Origin: Felis catus
Lineage: Eukaryota
DNA length: 64,000 nucleotides
NCBI RefSeq assembly: GCF_018350175.1
Contig: NC_058382.1
Span: forward strand, 42,532,001 to 42,596,000
Direction: 5' to 3'
Position 1 is the first letter of the stretch. The number at the start of each line of letters is the position of its first letter. The position numbers and the translations under genes are program-made. The notes beneath the pieces were generated by a model. That model ran no database searches. It saw only the letters and a list, made by a program, of their open reading frames with translations, and was not told the DNA's origin. This document shows positions 13,185 through 22,700 of the stretch, one piece after another.

Positions 13185-13719
13185 TCTGTTCATTTATCTT
13201 GAGTGAGCCTCAGCTTCCTCCATGTAGAACAGGGATAATGTCTTCATGGGTGTTGTTGTAAGATACAAATAACGTGAAATGCAAAAGTAAAGTGGTTGGC
13301 ATAGGTCTGGCATGTAGTCGTATCTCAATAGGAACACTTTTACCATTCTTGTGTGGACAGGACAGGTTGAGTGAATCTGTGGCCCTCTCCTGCTTGTTCT
13401 TTCTTGCTTCTGTTCTGTTCTCTCCAAAATAGTGATCTGCCCAGAAGAGGGGCAATGCAGATACCTTCCCCTCTCCCCCATACCCACCTTCCCTCTGTGG
13501 GACCCACACCTTTCCCCCTCCTTCCAGTAGCAAAAGGTCATAAAGGGAACTTGGTTGGGTTTCAGTATCCCCAGCCCTCCTCACACAACAGCCCCCATGT
13601 CCCAGTTCCTTTGTTCTAAGGCTCAATTCATTCATTCATCCCATTGATCTGTACTAATTACCTACTATGTGTCAGGCCCTTTGCTGTGGGCGTGACAATA
13701 AGCACAAACTGACATAGCT

Positions 13720-13739
13720 GGGCATGTTCATACATGTCA
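13720..13739. promoter_or_regulatory. Candidate p53 response element upstream of RRAD
   Basis: GGGCATGTTC ATACATGTCA: two RRRCWWGYYY half-sites, no spacer, 18/20 match, both with CATG cores. Confidence 0.6.
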
Positions 13740-15244
13740 TCTAATCCCTGGGTCAATCTCACCAGCTATGATTTGTTGTTCCCAAGCCTGAGAAGTCACA
13801 GTCCAGAAATAGAAGAGCAAGATACACCTGACAGAGGGCTTCAGAGACCTAAAACTCCACCCCTATCTCATACCCATGTATAACAGCTGGAGTTCCAGAA
13901 AGTTGCCTGGGCACTAGCCCAAGGATTCACAGATGGTGTCTCTGCAGGCAGCAGCCAGGGGCCACGCACAGATGAGTCAAGACTGACAAGGGGACTATCT
14001 GATATGCCAGCTGTGACATGAGCAGCTTGATGTCCCTTGCCCACCATGGCGTGGCTGCCAGGAGGGCCAGTTGAATGACTCAGTGACACCTGCCTCCCCA
14101 GTGACTTCCCACCCCCAAGCTGAACAGACACCACAGAAACCTTAGATTGGGGTTGTCAATACAGAGGTACATACATGGTAAAACCTACGTCTGGGTACAG
14201 GTGGTTGGGGACACTCCCTGGGTCTGAGGGACCCTGGTTGGACACCATGCCTCTCTGGAGCGCTGAGGTTCTTCATCCATGGAAAGGGGCAGGAGGTACA
14301 GTACCTGGAAAATTACCTGAAATAGGTGCAGATCCATTTTAAATCTTCACAGAGCAGTCTCAGGTGATTGTCACAACTATGCCCACGTTACACATGAAGA
14401 ATCTGGGCAACATGGGCTGAGGACTTCACCTCTCTAAGCATGAGCAGCCAGATCTTGGTTACTGGGTGATGAAGCCACTCTCTCCTGGAATTGGGGACCG
14501 AGGGGGTGGGGCAGGCACAGGCCCTTCCATTCAGGCAACAGTACCCCTTGCCAATTGAGCAGTACCTGCTAAACTGCTTAGGTTCCTTTTTACTCCCTGG
14601 CTGAGGTCTTGGGAGTAAATAATTTATTTCAGAAGCTTGTTTCCTCATCTATGAAATAAGGATAATAAAGGGTAGCAACTGCTACACAGGGCTGGGTGGA
14701 GGACTGACGGACTAGGTAGTATATGCAAAGCCCTCAGCCAATGCCCACTCTCAGGTCAGGCTCATTGTTGTCAGCAGACCCTCAACAGATTTTTGAAGAG
14801 CCTCTGGAAATCTCTGCCCACAATCACACCTGAGCTTTCGCAGGGATGAAGCGGACATGCTTTTTAATATCCCCACTTATCCCCAGAGAAAGAAACTGAG
14901 GCAGGAAATCATGGCATTACAGTTCCTAACTGGCTGATCCCAGATCTAAGCCCCGGGGTCTGTCCTGGTGACCATCTGTGCTCTGGGCACAGGGCTGAGG
15001 GAGGCAGAGGCCCCAGACCTCAGCACCTGAAGTAACACACATCTGTGGGGTTGCTGATAGAGAGGGTACTTCAGGTTCCTTTCCACAGAGAAACCTGTTG
15101 CCACTGCCCTGACAAGGGAACCAGAGCAAGTGTCACCAACAGTGAGACAAGCAGGGATCACACAGCTACTGGTGGATGCTAAAGGACATATACAACACTC
15201 TTGGGCAAGGTTCTCATTAATAAACTCAGACCTGAACTGAATCA

Positions 15245-15740
15245 ACTTCTAGTTTATAAGAAACATAGCAGACAACGGAGCAAATCAGACTGTGGAACTT
15301 CTTCAGGACAACTCACCTGACTTAGAAAAAGTCAGTGTCAATAAAGATTAAAAGATAAGGAGTGGAGAGACAGTTCTAGAAGAGGCTATAGAGATAACCA
15401 TTGCAATGCATGAAACTTCACTGGAGCCTGATTTAAAAAAAAAAAAACACAACTATGAATGACATTTTGGGGAAATTCATAAATTATTGGATATTAGACA
15501 GTATTAGGGAATTTTTCATTTTTTTGGCCAGATAACAGTATTGTGGTTATACAGGATTACTCTTAGGAGACCAGGATGAAGTACTTAGACGTGAAGGTCA
15601 TGTGTCTGCAGTTGACTCTTAAATACAGTTATATTATACATACACACCTAAAGCCAACGTTGCAACATGTTAACAACTGTTGAATTGATGGGTATACTCG
15701 TGTGTTCACTACACTACTCTTTCAATTTTTTTTGTATACT
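15245..15740 (+). mobile_element. Old L1 (L1MC/ME-like) 3' fragment
   Basis: Typical L1M 3'UTR phrases (gacattttgggg..., gtattgtggttat, tgttaacaactgttgaa). Confidence 0.55.
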
Positions 15741-15779
15741 TCCAACTTGTCCTAGAAATCAACCATTAGAAGAAATTTT

Positions 15780-16010
15780 TTTTTATTTTTATTTTTTTTA
15801 TTTTTTTAACGTTTATTTATTTTTGAGACAGAGAGAGACAGAGCATGAAGGGGGGAGGGGCAGAGAGAGAAGGAGACACAGAATCGGAAGCAGGTTCCAG
15901 GCTCTGAGCCATCAGCCCAGAGCCTGACGCAGGGCTCAAACTCACAGACCGCGAGATCGTGACCTGAGCTGAAGTCGGACGCCCAACCGATTGCGCCACC
16001 CAGGCGCCCC
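15780..16010 (-). mobile_element. Can-SINE (SINEC_Fc)
   Basis: Full head, body and tail; TSD agaagaaatttt. Confidence 0.92.
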
Positions 16011-16040
16011 AGAAGAAATTTTAAAAATGAACTGCATCTT

Positions 16041-16265
16041 GGGGTGCCTGGGCGGTTCAGTTGGTTAAGCATCCAACTTCGGTTCAGGTCATGATCTGGC
16101 TCACGGTTTATGAGTTCGAGCCCCCATGTCGGGATCTGTGCTGACAGCTCAGAGCCTGGAGCCTGCTTCATATTCTGTGTCTCCCTCTCTCTTGACCCTC
16201 CCCCATTCACAGTCTGTCTCTTTCTCGCTCTCTCAAAAATAAGCAGACATAAAAAAAATGTTTTT
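16041..16265 (+). mobile_element. Can-SINE
   Basis: Head ggggtgcctggg; degraded TSD aatgaa(c/t)tgcat(c/t)tt. Confidence 0.9.
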
Positions 16266-16313
16266 AATGAATTGCATTTTATCAACCCAGCCTGTATAGA
16301 AACTTGCACTCAT

Positions 16314-16536
16314 GGGGCACCTGGGTGGCTCGGTCAGTTGAGCATCCGACTTCGGCTCAGGTCATGATCTCTCGGTCTGTGAGTTCGAGCCCTGCGTCAG
16401 GCTCTGTGCTGACAGCTCAGAGCCTGGAGCCTGCTTCTGATTCTGTGTCTCCCTCTCTCTCTGCTCCTCCCTGATTCATGCTCTGTCTCTGTCTCAGAAA
16501 TAAATAAACATTAAAAAAAAAAAAAAAAAGAAAGAA
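16314..16536 (+). mobile_element. Can-SINE
   Basis: Perfect TSD agaaacttgcactcat. Confidence 0.92.
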
Positions 16537-16639
16537 AGAAACTTGCACTCATAATCACCATCTCCTCTCAAACCCTGAAGGACCCCACCAAGGTGAAAAA
16601 GAATCTGAGACATGCTGGGAAATGAATATAAATTAAGGA

Positions 16640-16645
16640 TTTATT
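16640..16645 (-). terminator. CIAO2B polyadenylation signal
   Basis: AATAAA on the minus strand ~90 nt after the stop. Confidence 0.8.
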
Positions 16646-16735
16646 ACAAAATGCAAAATGTTAGTTTCTCATTGTCAGTGATCCAAGAAAACAAGGCCAT
16701 GAGCCCTGGGTGTGGCTAGGGGCAAAAAAACAGGT

Positions 16736-18538
16736 TTAGGAGCGGGCTGACAGGCACTGGTTCACAACCTCCAACAGGTGGGTATTCTCTAGGGCAGCTG
16801 CCACCCGTTCCTTATCCGCAAGCTGCTTGTTCACTGGACAGGAAGGAAGAGAGGAGGATCAAAGCCAGGCTCTGGCCAGCCTGCCGGCCAACCCGACTTC
16901 TAAGCCTTTGTATGCATATACACACTCGCACCAACCTACTGTCACCTCCTTCCCAGGACCCAGAGCTTTGACCAAGCTACCCAAACCACCTGAACCCACA
17001 CCTATCCCACCCTATTGAGATCCCTTCCACCTGGCTGCTCATGTCTGTTGCCTCATGTACTATAAAGTCTGACACATCCTGGTCCTGTGTACTTAGGAGA
17101 GGAAAAGGGCAGGGATGGAAGAACGTGGTAAGCACAGGAGACTTAAGTCAGGCCAGCTTCACTCTAGGTTGCCACCTCCAATGAGGAGTTACCCACCCAG
17201 TCGGCCTCCTTCCATCTTGCCCTACAACCCACCATGGCAAGGGGGAAGCCACAGGGCCAATGCCTCAACATCAGCCCACACTTACCTGCGTGCTCTGAGG
17301 CATGGGTCCCTGGTGTAATGTGCACGTCCATCTGGGAGGGAGACAGGTGAGGCCTGAGCACTCATCCCTGTCTACTCCCTTGTCCCCTCTCCCCCATTCA
17401 CCACCTTCCACTGATCCTATGTCCTAATCATGACTGTGGACTCTGGACCTTCCATTATGCCCCACACCCACCCACAGCCGCTCCATCATCTCTTTCCAAA
17501 GAACTGGCTGACTGCTGTTGATTTAAAGGGTTGCCTGTGCCCCAACCCTGCTCCAAATCTATATACAGCTTCCTACTTCCCTTCCTGCCAAACTCACTAC
17601 TTTTCTGCACTTTCCAGCTCAGGCCGTTATACTTGTTGTCCCATTCAAGTGTAAAGGCTCCTCCCAGTTTCATCTCTGCTTGTTGGGATCCTGGCTGGCC
17701 TCACTTTGATGTCCATGTTCATGCTCTCCATGTCCTCCTCAGTAGCAGAAGCTCACCCCTGTTCCACCCCTGGGCCCCAGTTCCAATTCACCTTGAAACG
17801 CTGGGGAAGAGATCGAAGAAGCTTGACTTTGATGGACAGGCCAATAAGGGTGGCCATGCTGCAGTGCGGAATGGTGGGTGTGAACGCCACGGCCACCGTG
17901 CTCTCGGGGTCGCTCACCTGGTTGAGGGAATGAGATCTCAGGAGGAGGCCCTCCCTCCTCCTTAGTGTGTTGCTTCACGCTAATCGTCTAACTTCTACAG
18001 GCCTCAGTTTCCTCATGCATAAAATGGGCACAGCAATCCCCCCTTCCCAAGATCCCCTGAGGAGTCCGTGAGCTGAGAGAAGGCCAGCCTCCTGGTGGCC
18101 TGCTGGGCTTTTCTGACTCTCCCGAACAACCTGCCCCCTCAGACGCTGGGAACGACTCACCTGAACCCGGACTTGCTCGACTACATTCAATTCTTCCAGC
18201 GTCAGTGGATGTTCCGGGTCATTGATGGAGCGAATCAAATGTGGCAAGTGAAGGAAAAGGGAGTCTGCCCCTTGACCCACTCGGAACCCTCCGCCGGGAA
18301 TGCCTGGCCCTGATACAGCTCTACCAACTACTGGACAACACTTCAGCCCCCTCCCAGGGCCCCGCGAACGCGCCCGCGCTTAGCAGCGGCGGATATCGAA
18401 GATCTCGCGCGCGTCGATGCTGTCTGGAACCTGCTCGTCCTCCTCGCCCGCGGTCACCGGCCGCTCCCCAGAGCGCTCGTAGATGAGGGGGTTAGCATTC
18501 TCCAAGAGGCCGCCCCCCACCCCGCCGCCCCCCACCAT
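16736..18538 (-). CDS. CIAO2B: Cytosolic iron-sulfur assembly component 2B (FAM96B/MIP18), complete, 163 aa
   Basis: Exons 18397-18538, 18161-18240, 17792-17917, 17286-17331, 16736-16833 total 492 nt. Translation [20 protein letters not shown]...[11 protein letters not shown]...PTIPHCSMA...NQCLSARS. Intron 1 is AT-AC. Confidence 0.97.
18241..18396 (-). other. CIAO2B: U12-type (minor spliceosome) AT-AC intron
   Basis: Begins ATATCCGC and ends TTTTCCTTCACTTGCCAC. Removing it restores the conserved EIF-D-LIRS reading frame. Confidence 0.88.
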
Positions 18539-18544
18539 CGCGAA

Positions 18545-18900
18545 ACCGCTGCCGGCCGCAGTAGGCGTGCACTTCCGTTCTTACCGGAGCACTTCCGGGG
18601 GACGGTTAGGGGGCGTGGCGTGGCGACGGGGTCGCAGGAGGGACAGGCAGCACCAACCGTTCTAGCTCTGGGGTTTGAGGGGAGCCGTGGCCTGGGTTCA
18701 CTCTGTGCGCTAACCCGGAGAAATGCAGTCCGCTTGGCAAATACACAGAGAAGCCACTCGAGCGGTGTTGGCCGTTCGAGCCCGCAGGGTGCTGGACGGC
18801 GGAGGCCACGGCTGACTCTCGGGGACACTAAAGACCGGCCTGGAGTATCTTCAGGCACCACTTCCTCCAGGAAGTCTGCCTTTCAGGCAGGGCGGGCGCT
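18545..18900. promoter_or_regulatory. CpG-island promoter of CIAO2B, head-to-head with CES2
   Basis: CpG-rich; two ETS/GABP motifs CACTTCCG at 18570 and 18590. The CIAO2B and CES2 ATGs are ~1.23 kb apart and divergent. Confidence 0.65.
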
Positions 18901-19219
18901 CCCGTACCAAATGCCCTCTGTGCTGGCACCGTTTACTGCGTTTCGGAACCTCCCAATGACGCGCCTGCACCCCCTCCCCCCCCATTCCACCTAGGGCCCG
19001 GGAGTGCCCTGCCGAGTCCCCAGCACAGGGACTAACAGGCGCTCTTTAAATGTTTGTCAAATAGATAAATGACCTTGAGCTCGATCTTGGCGGGTAGGGG
19101 AGGGAGGGGTGGAAAGCCGTGGGATTGGGTTGGGGTTGTCTTTACGATAATGCCACAGTCATGCGTGCACTTCAAAAGGTAGGTTCTGACTGAATAGAGA
19201 GGAGGTCCACGGAGACCCT

Positions 19220-19674
19220 CAGATCAGGGACAATAAGGCCATGAGGGACCTTGAGATGGAGCCAGAAACTGAGTCCTGAAAGCAAGAAGGAGCTTTTCAG
19301 GATGGGCAGTCACACCTCTCTGTCTTTCCTCATGCACTTCCCTTCACCGTGAACAAAGATCACTCCCATTTCTCCATCTGTGGGAATCCTGACCATGCAC
19401 CTCCTCAAGGAATCTCTTCTGGGTCCCCCAATCACAGGTTATTGCTCCCACTCTCTGGCACCCTTATCAGGTCTGTGACTATAAGGACAGTGAATGCAGT
19501 GACTCCAGGTTTGAGGAGAGAGTCGTTAGTATCGTGGAGGTATTGTGGAGGATGCCCAAGGAGGACGGAGCCAAGGGGAAGTGGCCATGTCAGTGCCTGC
19601 CTGTCACTGGTTTTTGCGTGTTCAGCAGGCTCTCCTGCCTTTCCCTTCCCAGCTAGCCCCGCCTACTTCCAGCC
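19220..19674 (+). repeat. Left arm of inverted duplication (CES2 proximal promoter/5' leader)
   Basis: Reverse complement aligns to 21330-21810 at roughly 85-90% by eye. Contains DR1/HNF4-like TGAACAAAGATCA at 19350-19362. Confidence 0.9.
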
Positions 19675-19769
19675 TAGGTCAAACTCCGTGCCCTGCTGGA
19701 GGCACTCACAGAACTGCAGCCTCTGCGCTGTCTTTGGGGTGAAAACAGCAGTTGTGCACTGGGTAGACC

Positions 19770-22700
19770 ATGCGACTGTACCTACTTCGCGGGTGTCTGA
19801 ACGCCGTGGTCTGTGGACTCCTGCTTCTCGTCCTGGGCCAGGGTGAGGCTCCCTTGAGGGGTGGCAAGGGACGGGAGTCGCACTTGCCAGATTCTGCAGA
19901 GTCAGGACCTGAGGCTGCAGGAGGGAAGGTCCCAGAGAGGTGGGAACGGGTGGAGAACCACAGTGAAGGAAACTTGCACCAGACTGAATGCTGGAGCGAT
20001 TGTCCGGAAACCCGGCGGGTGGGCCCTCACAGGCACAGAGAGAGTTGGGGCTGTCTGAGCATACAACACCAGTGATGCAAGTAGGGCCAGGAGCTCTGAG
20101 CAGCACCTGGTGACGCAGGCGGGGCTGGGGGTGGGGGCATCATTTGGGATGTTTCCTTCTTAGTGTTTGTGGTGGAGCCGGCGCTGCCCCCGAAGAAAAA
20201 TACCAGTAATAATATTCCTGATGCGGTTTGGCTTTGAGTGTTGTGCCCTTGGCCAGAAGAGCGTCCTGGCACCCACTGAAGACCCCTCTAAAGGGGCCCC
20301 AGGCAAGGTTACTGGCCCTTGGGGAATCTGGCTATACAAGCCCAAGCCCCCTGCCTCTGCATCCTAAAGAGGCTGTCTGTTTCCTCTTCACCCCATGCAC
20401 CCCCCTGGAGTGAGGGCACCTCTTGGCCTCAGAGCAAAGGTGTCACAGAGCACTTTGTGTCAGCTTCAGGTTACCAGTAGTTTAGGCTATTCTGGCACCA
20501 TGCCTCGGTGTCTGCAGCTCCTGTGCCCCCTCTGGCCAGTGTGATCCTCTCACCCAAAACGGCCCCACCTGTGAGACCTGACTGTCCTCCCTCTTCCCAG
20601 TTGAATCTGCCCTGGAGACATCCACATTAATCCCTTCCCCACGGCCCACCCCACTTCCACCCTTACTAGCTGCTCGCCAGGCTCTCAGCAGTCACCAAGA
20701 CCTTCCAGCAGGACGATTAAAAGTGTTAATATTTTGGATAGGACCCACTTTCAAAAAGAAATAATAGACAAGCCAGAAGAGGGCATAGGTGATATGTCTG
20801 ACCCTCTCCTGTCCCATCCGGCCCTGGCTCCTTCAAGGTCCCCAGGGCTTTTTACACACTGCTCAGTTTACCGAAGAATGGATTTGTGCACACATCCTTG
20901 GTTTTCACCTAAATGATCACAAATTCCCTCCCTTTCTGGCACCCAGCTTTTCTACTTCCTGACACAGGGGATGACTTCCCTATACCTGTACATGGTAGAG
21001 CTTCCTCATACTGTTGCATAGAACGGTTTCTCTTCAGGGATCCTTGATGTAACTGGCCTCTGATCAGGGACATTTCAGCATTGTGTCCTTTGCTATGACA
21101 ACATTCAGGATTGGAGGCCAGTGGCCTCAGTGAATTACATGGACAGATATCGCACCTGGCAAGGAACTGTGTGTGTGTAGGCAGCATGTTACTGGGGAGA
21201 GGGGTGGGCCTTTGACTTGGAAAAACATTGCTCAGTTGCCCTCTGTGGAACCTGTGAGTGCTGACTCTGATCTTATCCACATGATACGGCATCAAGCATA
21301 TTGATCCATGCTGATCTGATAAGTGATCTGGGTAGAGGTAGGCAGGCAAGCTGGGAAGGGAAAGGTAGGTCTGGCAGGAGAGCCTGACTGAACATGCAAA
21401 AACCAGTGACAGGCAGGCACTCGCATGGCCACTTCCCCTCGGCCCAGTCCCCCTTGGGCATCCTCCACAATACCAACAACCCTCTCTTCAAACCTGGAGT
21501 CACTGCATTCAATGTCCTTATGAAAGAAGAGTGGAAGGACACTCCTTTCACTCTTTGATAAGGGTGTTGGGGGCTCAAGAGTGGAAGCAATAAACTGTGA
21601 TTGGGAAACCCAGGAGAGCTTCCTTGTGGAGGTGCAGGGTCAGGATCCCCACAGATGGAGAAATGGGAACGACCTTTGTTCAGGGTAAAGGGAAGTGCAT
21701 GAGAAAAGACAGGGAGGTGTGACTGCCCATCCTGAAGCTCCTCCTTGCTTTCAGGACTCAGTTTCTGGGTCCACCTTCAAGGTCCTTCATCCCCTGTTGT
21801 CTCTGATCTGTAGGTGGTATAAATCCCCAGAGTTGTTTTTTGGGTTTGTTTTTCCCCCTTTTATTATGGAACCAGGTTCAGATTGGCCAAGTTCTGCAGA
21901 AGCAGAACCTGAACCTGCCGTAGGGAAAGCTCCAGGGAGTCAGGAGCCAGTGAAGTTAACACCAGGAGTATGGGGAGCCTGACTGGATACCTCCCTGTAC
22001 CCCAAGGTACAAAGTCAGGGCTGCCTGCAGCCACACAGCATCAAAGGGCTTCCAGTCTCTGGTAGAATAATATAACAAATCTGCTGTATCCATAATCTAC
22101 CTTCAGTAATTACGACCTGAGCAACCTGGTTTTGTCTAGACTACCACCTCTCCCTCGCACCATTATTTGAAGCAAATCCCAGATATTACATCACGTGTAG
22201 ATTTTTTATCTCCTATTAAAAGAAAAGGAATATATAGACATAAAACAATATCATGATTTCTTTTTTTAAAGATTTTTTAATTTTTTAAATTTTTTTCAAT
22301 GTTTATTTTTGAGAGAGAGACAGAGTGTGAGCAGGGGAGGGGCAGAGAGAGAGGGAGACACAGAATCTGAGGCAGGCTCCAAGCTCTGAGCTGTCAGCAC
22401 AGAGCCCGACACAGAGCCCAAACTCACAACCTGAGAGATCATGACCTGAGCTGAAGTCGAATGCTTAACTGATTGAGACATCCAGGTTACCCAAGATTTT
22501 ATTTTTCAGTAATCTCTATACCCAACATGGGGCTCAGACTTACAACCCTGAGGTCAAGAGTTACATGTTTTAACGACTGAGCCAGCCAGGAGCCCCCAAT
22601 ATCATGATTTCTTAATGCAATCAAGCATCTAGCCAAATGTTCTTATTTTGTATTATCTCATAAATGGTATTTACCTATTTTTTTTTAATCAGGATTCAAA

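Noticed and set aside
20900-21320. Minus-strand ORF downstream of the inverted promoter copy
   Set aside because: The sequence resembles a decayed L1M fragment, with no CES exon-1 or other protein similarity.
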